Shown here: in pieces, positions 55,138 through 64,000 of the stretch
Layout: each line of letters begins with the position of its first letter
Numbering within the stretch: the stretch's first letter is position 1
Notes under the pieces: model-generated
What the model was told of the DNA's origin: nothing
Seen by the model: only the letters and a program-made list of their open reading frames with translations
Database searches by the model: none
Assembly: GCA_016706865.1 (NCBI GenBank)
Contig: JADJIS010000003.1
Location: forward strand, 466,030-530,029
Length of the DNA stretch: 64,000 nt
Source: Bacteroidota bacterium
Lineage (GTDB): Bacteria; Bacteroidota; Bacteroidia; Chitinophagales; BACL12
Direction of reading: 5' to 3'
Position numbers and translations under genes: made by a program

Positions 55138-57948
55138 ATGAAAAACTCTAAAATTGAGTTTTGGAGCCTCAGTGCTACCCAAGCTCGTTTAATTACAATT
55201 TCGCTGTTGTTATTTTTAATGCTTAATATAACTGCAAATAGTAAACACTTTATTGTTGGTGACAATAATGTATTATCTATTATACCTTTACCTGATACTT
55301 TATATGAAGATTCAACGGCTGCTTTTATTTCAGGTGATACTGTTGAGACATATTTGGATGGGCCTAATGAAGTCCATGTTTTGTTTAGTGATACAATCAC
55401 AATTCCAGACAGTTTGGTGGAAAATCTGTGGTTATTTACTGATAACCAACCCTTGATAAGGATTGAGTTAGCCCATAATAATGGTGAGGTGGAAAAAGGG
55501 TTATTTGGAATAAATATTTCTGGAATGTTTGAAGAAGGGTTAGCAAAGCCTGGTGATTTAACTAAGTATGATTTAGATCCTGATCCTTGGGATTATTTGA
55601 GTGATTTAAAACCATCGGTTCTGAGATTTCCAAGTGGCGCCGGAAGTAAGTTTATGCAACTGCTAGGAGTTAGTGCTGGCGGAACCAATGTTTTTAAAGG
55701 ATATGGTTATGATATAGATGAAATTCTTCCGTACTATGATAAAACTAACCTCTTTATGAATGAAGTCCTCTATTCTGAAATCTTAGATGATTTAGATGAT
55801 AATGGACTGTGCGATGCTTGTGGAGAGTGGATGGACCTAACTTTTAAAAAAGATTTAGAAGGCGTTTTTAAAAAATGGGACGAACAAGAATTTTTTAATG
55901 CCTCTGGACTTGCTCTTTGGCAGCAAAATGATTTGGCCATAAACCAGTTCATTGATTTAATTGATAAAATCGAAACTGATAATATTGCCACCGGCCACAT
56001 AGTGGATGTTATTGTATGCTTAGATATATTGAACACCACAGCAACTGAGGCAGTGGAGATAGTTGAATATTTACGTAGTAACAATAAGCATAATGTAAAT
56101 GTAGTTGCGGTTGAATTAGGGAATGAGGTTATGGCAAAATTCTTCCGGCAAGCTATGTTTTTTAAGGGATTTGACTACTATTATGATTATATAAATGGTG
56201 GTAATTACTCGGGCCTTCCTGGTACTTTCGATATTTCTGATGCGGTTCCTACCGATGTATTAGGAGATCATAATTTTATTAGTGCACTAAAATCTGCATC
56301 GAGTATAAATGACATAGTAAAAATAGGCTTACCAGGTGCAAATTTACCAAATTGCGGTTTTTATCCATTTAAAACGGATCCTGAAGAAACGGATCAGGAC
56401 GTATTTGAGATGTTAGGAATTGGTGACCCTTGTACATATCCTGAATGGAACACAGATATGCTTGATAATTACGATGACGTAATTACTACGGATTTTGTTT
56501 CCAGATATGCGTTTGATGCAATTGTAATACACCCATACTACACTGCAACAAATACACATGATCCAATTGAATTTATTAATACTAATTGGGGAGGAATATT
56601 GATACCAGAATATCCCGAGGTTTGTTTAGATGGTAATGATGGAACTGAAATATTAAATTATTATATAGGACAAGATCCATGGGATTATGTCACTATGGAC
56701 ACCAGATTACAATGTGCCTTTGAAGGATTAGTCGGGGTGGGTTTATTAGATGGCAACTTTAAAGAGTTTATTAAAATCCGCTACAACGATGCATATGAAA
56801 AACATGCAGAGGAACTTTTATTCGAGGATACGGATACCGATCCGGATAATAAGGAAATTTGGACTACTGAATGGAATTTTCAGGACAGCGAAGAAAATGC
56901 GACTGGAATTGAAAAAGATTTTTATGGGGTGGCGACCAACAGCTTTGTTCACGCGGAGTTGTTGCAGGAATGGTTTTTAAAAAATGTTAAAGCAAACTTT
57001 GACCCGCATTTCAGAGACAATTTTTTCACATATGCCACATTACAAAATTACATGGGAACTACGGGTATTAGTTTGCTAACTCCATCCAAATTGCGCGATC
57101 AAGTTGAATTAGGGCTAGAGGACGTTGTAGACTGCGACGATGATGAATTGGGAAATTATTATGTTCCTAAAACAACATATCATGAAATGGATCTATTAAA
57201 AGAAATTTCAAGTAATGATCTAAATTTCCTAAAATCCACAACAACAATGTACTCAGGAAATATAAATCAACCACCAACAGTATTTATTCCAGGCCCTGCG
57301 CCAGCTTTAGCTAATCAAGATGTTTATGTGTATTTTACTAATGTTAAAGATGACTATCAAATTTATTGCATTGATCCGGGTACTTTAGGACAAATATTCA
57401 CTCCAGATTTGGAAATTGAATTAGATTTTGATGATATAACAGTTTTTTCAATTGAAGCAGATCAGCTGTATTCAAATTCTGGGACCAGTACACTATTTTC
57501 TATTAATGATCACTATGATGTTTGTGATGAATTAGAACCAAACATGTTTGAAATTAATGGCCTAACATCTTATGTTGGAAACGTAAGTTGTCCTGGTGGA
57601 TGGGGTGTGGATGGTGGTGTTTGCGTTAGAGTAAATGCTTATAGCACAGGATATTTCATTATTCCATATGATGCTGAACTAAGAATAGGTGAGGTGCAGG
57701 ATTTATTTATGATTTACCCTAACCCTGCTTCCACACATTTTATTGTTCAGCAGATGGATATTGAAATACAAGATCTGCAAAGCATGCAGGTTGAAATATA
57801 TAACATCTATGGTGGGTTAATTCAAAAAGTTACTGCTGAGGAAGGTCAATCAATAGATATATCTCAACTACCTGTGGGAGTGTATACAGTTTTAATTGGA
57901 AGTGAAGGAAATAACCCTGAAACTGAAACTTTAATTAAAATGAAATAG
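55138..57948 (+). CDS. Large secreted protein with clan GH-A-like (TIM-barrel glycosidase) motifs and T9SS sorting domain
   Basis: 936 aa. VVAVELGNEV (acid/base-like NE) and IWTTEWNF (nucleophile-like TE) about 240 aa apart. C-terminal IYPNPASTHFIVQ...GVYTVLI. The family assignment is by motif only. Confidence 0.8.
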   Translation: MKNSKIEFWSLSATQARLITISLLLFLMLNITANSKHFIVGDNNVLSIIPLPDTLYEDSTAAFISGDTVETYLDGPNEVHVLFSDTITIPDSLVENLWLFTDNQPLIRIELAHNNGEVEKGLFGINISGMFEEGLAKPGDLTKYDLDPDPWDYLSDLKPSVLRFPSGAGSKFMQLLGVSAGGTNVFKGYGYDIDEILPYYDKTNLFMNEVLYSEILDDLDDNGLCDACGEWMDLTFKKDLEGVFKKWDEQEFFNASGLALWQQNDLAINQFIDLIDKIETDNIATGHIVDVIVCLDILNTTATEAVEIVEYLRSNNKHNVNVVAVELGNEVMAKFFRQAMFFKGFDYYYDYINGGNYSGLPGTFDISDAVPTDVLGDHNFISALKSASSINDIVKIGLPGANLPNCGFYPFKTDPEETDQDVFEMLGIGDPCTYPEWNTDMLDNYDDVITTDFVSRYAFDAIVIHPYYTATNTHDPIEFINTNWGGILIPEYPEVCLDGNDGTEILNYYIGQDPWDYVTMDTRLQCAFEGLVGVGLLDGNFKEFIKIRYNDAYEKHAEELLFEDTDTDPDNKEIWTTEWNFQDSEENATGIEKDFYGVATNSFVHAELLQEWFLKNVKANFDPHFRDNFFTYATLQNYMGTTGISLLTPSKLRDQVELGLEDVVDCDDDELGNYYVPKTTYHEMDLLKEISSNDLNFLKSTTTMYSGNINQPPTVFIPGPAPALANQDVYVYFTNVKDDYQIYCIDPGTLGQIFTPDLEIELDFDDITVFSIEADQLYSNSGTSTLFSINDHYDVCDELEPNMFEINGLTSYVGNVSCPGGWGVDGGVCVRVNAYSTGYFIIPYDAELRIGEVQDLFMIYPNPASTHFIVQQMDIEIQDLQSMQVEIYNIYGGLIQKVTAEEGQSIDISQLPVGVYTVLIGSEGNNPETETLIKMK

Positions 57949-57975
57949 AAGAATAAATTTGATAAATCAAAAACA

Positions 57976-58020
57976 TTCAACAACCCGCTAAATTTTAAAG
58001 GCGGGTTGTTGAATAATTTA
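57976..58020 (+). terminator. Probable terminator hairpin after the 936-aa gene
   Basis: 13-bp stem TTCAACAACCCGC / GCGGGTTGTTGAA. The downstream T-run is weak (TAATTT). Confidence 0.45.
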
Positions 58021-58231
58021 AAAAAAATCCTTTTGGGAGGAAGATGAATATAAATCCCAGATTTATTTTAGGACATATAAAATCTACATGAAATCATAGT
58101 TGAATCCCAAAACGATCAATCTGCAACTATTTTTAGTTTTTTATCAAATGCAATTTTAGAATTGAATCAAGTTAAAACTATAAGGCCGACTTTATTTAAG
58201 AAATCAGTTGAAACTTAATTATTAAATTTGT

Positions 58232-58546
58232 TCATGTTGATGTAAATTGAAATCGTTCGATTTGTTCAATACAATTTTTATAAAGTCTTCCAGACAATTC
58301 ATTATTCTGAAATGGAAATGCAGGAAGAAGAAACCATTCAGCATCAATTTTAGCTTTTGCAAGCGCCATTCTAGACTCATCTATGTATTCACGTATGATT
58401 TGGAGATAAGTAACCCAATAAATAAGTAAAACTGGATAGAGAGGTAGAAACTCAATATTTATAGGGGTAAATTCTGCTTTATAAATTCCCTTTTCAAACT
58501 CAACAATTCTATCACTGTGAAATATTGCAGTATTAATTGTTATCAA
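58232..58546 (-). CDS. Hypothetical small protein (weak call)
   Basis: 104-aa ORF in an otherwise empty 850-bp gap. One hydrophobic segment and no recognised family. Confidence 0.35.
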   Translation of the reverse strand: MITINTAIFHSDRIVEFEKGIYKAEFTPINIEFLPLYPVLLIYWVTYLQIIREYIDESRMALAKAKIDAEWFLLPAFPFQNNELSGRLYKNCIEQIERFQFTST

Positions 58547-58801
58547 ACCAAAAGACTTTGGTTCTTCGTCAAAATAAAGCTGTTCAAATGCTTTATTGTG
58601 AGATCCATATATCCAAATCTTCGAATTTTCGCACTTCTCTCCCCCCTAAAACCTTCATTTATGTCAGAGTTTTTCCTAGAAAAGCTATTTTTCTGAAATT
58701 TTGTCTGACCTTTGCGCCTCAATTAGCAAAAATGCCCTGTGGCACAATATCTGACAGGCGGGCGGTAACACAAAACTTACTTAATCAACAAAAAATCAAA
58801 T

Positions 58802-59110
58802 ATGGCGAAGAAAATCGAAACGGCTAAGGCCAAAGTGAACATCACGATCAAACCTTTGGCTGATCGGGTATTGGTATTACCTGCGGAAGCAGAAACCGTT
58901 ACTAAAGGTGGTATCATAATTCCCGATACTGCAAAAGAAAAACCACAAAAAGGCACTATAGTAGCTGCAGGTCCGGGTAAAAAAGATGAACCTGTAACTG
59001 TAAAAGTTGGCGATTCCGTTCTCTACGGAAAATATGCCGGAACTGAAATAAGTGTTGATGGAAAAGAATACCTAATCATGCGCGAATCTGACATTTTTGC
59101 CATTCTTTAA
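58802..59110 (+). CDS. groES: Co-chaperonin GroES
   Basis: 102 aa with [44 protein letters not shown]. Confidence 0.95.
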   Translation: MAKKIETAKAKVNITIKPLADRVLVLPAEAETVTKGGIIIPDTAKEKPQKGTIVAAGPGKKDEPVTVKVGDSVLYGKYAGTEISVDGKEYLIMRESDIFAIL

Positions 59111-59166
59111 TGGTCGGAACGTCACTCAATTATCAAATTAATAAACTAACAAATTACCAAATATAA

Positions 59167-60804
<1,638 letters not shown>

Positions 60805-60805
60805 G

Positions 60806-60864
60806 ATGGTGAGTGGGGAGTGGTGAGTAGTGAGTAGGGTGGTGAGTAGAAAGTAGTGAGTGGG
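60806..60864 (+). repeat. GGTGAGT-type heptamer block starting 2 nt after the groEL stop
   Basis: ATGGTGA GTGGGGA GTGGTGA GTAGTGA GTAGGGT GGTGAGT AGAAAGT AGTGAGT. Confidence 0.85.
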
Positions 60865-60914
60865 ATCGAAACCCGAAAAGCATCGCTTCGAATTTATACT
60901 TTAATGAAATTAAA

Positions 60915-60947
60915 ACCTTTCTGGAGTTTTTCAGGAAGGTTTTTTTA
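60915..60947 (+). terminator. Intrinsic terminator of groESL
   Basis: ACCTTTCTG-GAGTTTTT-CAGGAAGGT followed by a T7 run (60941-60947). Confidence 0.8.
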
Positions 60948-60985
60948 TGAATGAGTAATGAGTTATGAGTAATGAGTTTGATCCT
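60947..60985 (+). repeat. ATGAGTR heptamers ending in GAGTTTGATCC
   Basis: ATGAATG AGTAATG AGTTATG AGTAATG AGTTTGATCC. The same module occurs at 1462-1489 and 1512-1545. Confidence 0.85.
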
Positions 60986-61037
60986 GCTCACATTGGTGCT
61001 TTGAATTCCTTTTTGAAAATTTTGCTAACCTGATGCT

Positions 61038-61191
61038 CAGAACCCAGAACTCAGAACCCAGAACTCAGAACCCAGAACTCAGAACCCAGAACTCAGAACC
61101 CAGAACTCAGAACCCAGAACTCAGAACCCAGAACTCAGAACCCAGAACTCAGAACCCAGAACTCAGAACCCAGAACTCAGAACCCAGAACT
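61038..61191 (+). repeat. Perfect tandem array (CAGAACC CAGAACT) x 11, i.e. 22 heptamers in 154 bp
   Basis: Counted directly. There are no mismatches and the two units alternate strictly. The array ends 19 bp before ATG 61210. Confidence 0.97.
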
Positions 61192-61194
61192 CAT

Positions 61195-61202
61195 TACCTT
61201 TG
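61195..61202 (+). promoter_or_regulatory. Candidate Bacteroidota -7 promoter box (TAnnTTTG)
   Basis: TACCTTTG lies 7 nt upstream of ATG 61210, which would imply a leaderless or very short-leader mRNA. No TTG -33 element is visible inside the repeat. Confidence 0.3.
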
Positions 61203-61209
61203 CAATCCA

Positions 61210-63405
61210 ATGACCTCCGTCTTTTTATTCACCCCACCCTTCACCCAACTCAATACCCCTTATCCTGGTACCGTTTATTTAAAAGGCTTTTTAAATACAC
61301 GCAATATTTCCTGTTATCAGGCGGATCTTGGAATTGAAGTTACAGACACCATTTTTTCAAAACAGGGTTTGATCAATTTATTTGAAGCAGTAAATACAAC
61401 GGCCGAAAACATATCAGAAAATTCCTCAAGAATTATTGCTCTTAAAGAAGATTATATCAATACAATTGATCATGTAATGCATTTTTTGCGTGGGAAAAAT
61501 CCTTCTTTAGCTCATGTAATTTGTTTAGGTGATTTTTTGCCTGAAGCATCGCGATTCGAACAGATTGAAGATCTCGAATGGGCTTTCGGAACCATGGGAA
61601 AACAAGACCAGGCGAAATATCTTTCAACTATGTATCTGGAAGATATTTCAGACCTTATCCGTGAATGCGTGGATCCCTTTTTTGGATTTAGCAGGTACGC
61701 AGAGAAACTTGGTAGATCGGCAAACAGTTTCGATGAACTATACGAGTTATTGCAGGGCCCAAATACCTATGTTGACGGCATTTTACTAAACATCTTAAAA
61801 CAAAATTTGGACAATGTCCAAATTTCTATAGTTGGTATTTCCGTTCCTTTTCCGGGAAATTTATATTCCTCATTCCGATGCGCGCAATTCATCAAAAAAC
61901 ATTACCCGCATATAAAAATTATTATGGGAGGAGGATTTCCAAACACCGAATTGCGATCTCTTTCCGACCCGCGTGTTTTTGAATTTTATGATTTTATTTG
62001 TCTGGATGACGGCGAAGCACCTCTTGAAAATATAATTAAATTTTCGAAAGGGGAGATACAACTAAACGAATTAAAAAGAACATTTACCTTAATTGATGGA
62101 GTGGTTACCTATATTAATAATCCGGCAACTAAAGATTATAAACAAGGGGAGATAGGTACACCGGATTACAGTGATCTGTTTCTGGATAAATATATTTCGG
62201 CAATTGAGATCATGAATCCCATGCACAGTTTATGGAGCGATGGACGCTGGAATAAGCTTACCATGGCGCATGGATGTTATTGGGGTAAATGTACTTTCTG
62301 TGATATTTCATTGGATTATATAAAACTCTACGAACCTGTTGCAGCATCGCTTTTAGCCGATAGAGTAGAGGAACTAATTAAACAAACAGGACAATCCGGA
62401 TTTCATTTCGTAGATGAAGCAGCACCACCGGCATTAATGCGTGCATTTGCCATTGAAATTATTCGACGCAACATTAAAATAAGTTGGTGGACGAATATTC
62501 GTTTCGAAAAAAGTTTTACAAAAGACCTTTGTATTTTATTAAAAGCAAGTGGATGTATTGCAGTGTCGGGAGGATTGGAAGTTGCCTCCGACAGATTATT
62601 GGAATTAATTCAGAAAGGTGTGACTGTCGCACAAGTTGCAAAGGTTAATCGCAATTTTACGGAAGCGGGAATTATGGTACATGCATATTTAATGTACGGT
62701 TTTCCCACTCAAACTACGCAGGAAACTATTGATGCACTTGAAATGGTGCGACAACTATTTTCTGCGGGAATAATGCAATCGGGGTTTTGGCATCAGTTCG
62801 CAATGACTGCCCACAGTCCTGTCGGATTAGATCCATCATTTTTCAAAGTAAAAAAAATAAATGATACTATTGGAACCTTTGCTAATAACGACATCGAATT
62901 TATAGATGATACAAGAACCGACCATGAAAAATTCAGTTTCGGATTAAAAAAATCGTTGCTTAATTACATGCATGGAATTGGGTTGGAAGATGATCTTCAA
63001 AATTGGTTTGATTTTAAAATACCGAAAACTTTAATTCCACCTAATTATATTAAAAGAGTTTTAACGGAAAAGGATTTTAAGGATATTAATCCCTCAACAA
63101 AAATTATCTGGTTGGGAAATCCGCCTGTAATGGAAAATGTATCATCAACAAAAAAACCATCCGATATTGAAATGGTCAGACTTTTGTTTGTTGATAAAAC
63201 AACAGAATTCAATATTTTATTACAAAAAGATCATGGATTGTGGCTGACTAAAGTTTTGCCAAAACTTTCCGTAAATAATTCCTTAATAATGACATTAAAA
63301 GAACTACAGGAAACTTATACTACCGCTGGCCTGACTCAATTTGAACAATTCATTAACAGCAAGCCTATGGCGGGTTTGTTCGATAATGGATTATTACTCC
63401 TATAA
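61210..63405 (+). CDS. B12-binding-domain radical SAM protein
   Basis: ATG 61210 (MTSVFLFTPPFTQLNTPYPG). Cys cluster MAHGCYWGKCTFCD. An N-terminal Rossmann-like B12-binding-type region. The track start 61033 translates the heptamer array. Confidence 0.88.
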   Translation: MTSVFLFTPPFTQLNTPYPGTVYLKGFLNTRNISCYQADLGIEVTDTIFSKQGLINLFEAVNTTAENISENSSRIIALKEDYINTIDHVMHFLRGKNPSLAHVICLGDFLPEASRFEQIEDLEWAFGTMGKQDQAKYLSTMYLEDISDLIRECVDPFFGFSRYAEKLGRSANSFDELYELLQGPNTYVDGILLNILKQNLDNVQISIVGISVPFPGNLYSSFRCAQFIKKHYPHIKIIMGGGFPNTELRSLSDPRVFEFYDFICLDDGEAPLENIIKFSKGEIQLNELKRTFTLIDGVVTYINNPATKDYKQGEIGTPDYSDLFLDKYISAIEIMNPMHSLWSDGRWNKLTMAHGCYWGKCTFCDISLDYIKLYEPVAASLLADRVEELIKQTGQSGFHFVDEAAPPALMRAFAIEIIRRNIKISWWTNIRFEKSFTKDLCILLKASGCIAVSGGLEVASDRLLELIQKGVTVAQVAKVNRNFTEAGIMVHAYLMYGFPTQTTQETIDALEMVRQLFSAGIMQSGFWHQFAMTAHSPVGLDPSFFKVKKINDTIGTFANNDIEFIDDTRTDHEKFSFGLKKSLLNYMHGIGLEDDLQNWFDFKIPKTLIPPNYIKRVLTEKDFKDINPSTKIIWLGNPPVMENVSSTKKPSDIEMVRLLFVDKTTEFNILLQKDHGLWLTKVLPKLSVNNSLIMTLKELQETYTTAGLTQFEQFINSKPMAGLFDNGLLLL

Positions 63406-64000
63406 TTTTTCGAAATAATAATTTTGAGATAAACCATTTATTTCAATTCGAATCAAATAAATTCCTGGAAGTAATTCCGATGTATTTATTGAATTGCCAT
63501 TTAAAAGTATTTCGTTTTTAATACAAGTTCCATCAATTGCAAAGATGGAAAAATTAATATCTGTTAAAACATCAGGATTCTTTATAAAAAGTTGATCCGT
63601 CGCCGGATTAGGATATAAAATAAACGTTTGATCTGATATATTATGTTCATCAAGCGAAGTTATTACTTCATTTTTATAGGCTACTCCTACAAATCCGTTT
63701 GCATAAACAAAGGCTCCATCATATTCCAAATTAGTAATTTTATATGGAGTAATAAGATCCTGAATCCAATCGGCACCACCATTTGTAGTTTTGTAAATAA
63801 TAGTATCATTTGATACTATGAATCCATTATTTTCGGTGGTGAAAACTATTGCTTCTATATCTGTATGTCCTACATTCTCCACGAAATTCCACATATCCCC
63901 GCCATCAGAAGTTTTAAATAATAAACCATCTGCAGAAATTACAAAACCAATTTCTGTATCTACAAAACTCATATCTGTAAAGGGAAAATTGGATAAAGTA
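63400..64000 (-). CDS. Secreted Asp-box/Ycf48-like repeat protein with T9SS sorting domain (5-prime end beyond the window)
   Basis: The frame stays open to nt 64000 (upstream codons read ...TLSNFPFTD before the M at 63972). Motifs KTSDGGDMW and KTTNGGADW. C-terminal LYPNPATDQLFIKN...GIYLIRI. Confidence 0.8.
   Translation of the reverse strand, partial: TLSNFPFTDMSFVDTEIGFVISADGLLFKTSDGGDMWNFVENVGHTDIEAIVFTTENNGFIVSNDTIIYKTTNGGADWIQDLITPYKITNLEYDGAFVYANGFVGVAYKNEVITSLDEHNISDQTFILYPNPATDQLFIKNPDVLTDINFSIFAIDGTCIKNEILLNGNSINTSELLPGIYLIRIEINGLSQNYYFEKL

Noticed and set aside
58560-58801. CIRCE/HrcA operator or another heat-shock control element upstream of groES
   Set aside because: I found no TTAGCACTC-N9-GAGTGCTAA-like inverted repeat. 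There is only a weak TTAGCAAAA half-site, and no convincing promoter could be defined by eye.
60973-60990. GAGTTTGATCCTGCTCAC resembles the 5-prime end of 16S rRNA (AGAGTTTGATCCTGGCTCAG), and the CTCCTTTCT tails (for example 38307-38315) resemble the 16S 3-prime anti-SD end
   Set aside because: The matches are only 13-17 nt and there is no further rRNA sequence. The other two copies share just GAGTTTGATCC, and the CT-rich tails read ACTCC rather than CCTCC. This is most likely a coincidence of low-complexity repeats. It would be worth a glance only if the real rRNA operon flanks carry the same modules.
61033-61209. The 59-aa N-terminal extension of the radical SAM ORF as the annotated start
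   Set aside because: The extension is purely the heptamer array. The family-typical N-terminus begins at MTSVFLFTPPF (ATG 61210). It is kept only as a phase-variation hypothesis in the findings.

Overview
This is an AT-rich 64-kb chromosomal segment that I assign to Bacteroidota. Twelve predicted secreted proteins end in a type IX secretion (T9SS/Por) C-terminal sorting domain (11 clear, 1 weaker). The gene families also fit the phylum: a CarboxypepD_reg-type TonB-dependent receptor, ExbB/ExbD, DUF4382, GSCFA and RmuC. I call 47 CDS, one tRNA-Met(CAT) and about ten hairpin plus T-run terminators. Housekeeping genes are an ECF sigma factor, recX, rmuC, ribH, pdhA, recF plus DUF721, phhA, exbB/exbD, rarA, groES/groEL and a B12-binding radical SAM enzyme. 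They are interspersed with secreted glycoside hydrolases (GH8, GH16, a clan GH-A-like orphan), an M4 metallopeptidase, repeat/propeller proteins and a TonB-receptor locus without a SusD partner. I see no transposase, integrase, cas genes, rRNA or recognisable defence genes. The unusual content is non-coding. Nearly every long intergenic gap holds blocks of tandem 7-bp repeats, with a different unit in each block (CAGAACY, TAGGAAG/TAGGACA, GAGTRAT, CTGCCCA, CCTYTCT, GTATCAG, CTCAATT, TAGTATT and others). The blocks are often arranged as block-hairpin-block. At least four conserved hairpin element families recur, along with higher-order tandem arrays (3x167 bp, 5x101 bp, 2x135 bp). Many blocks start within 0-3 nt of a stop codon. 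The cleanest case is a perfect 22-unit (CAGAACC CAGAACT)x11 array ending 19 bp upstream of the radical SAM start codon. The organisation recalls the heptameric STRR repeats of heterocystous cyanobacteria, and I do not know of it being described in Bacteroidota. All functional ideas about these repeats are inference from sequence alone.
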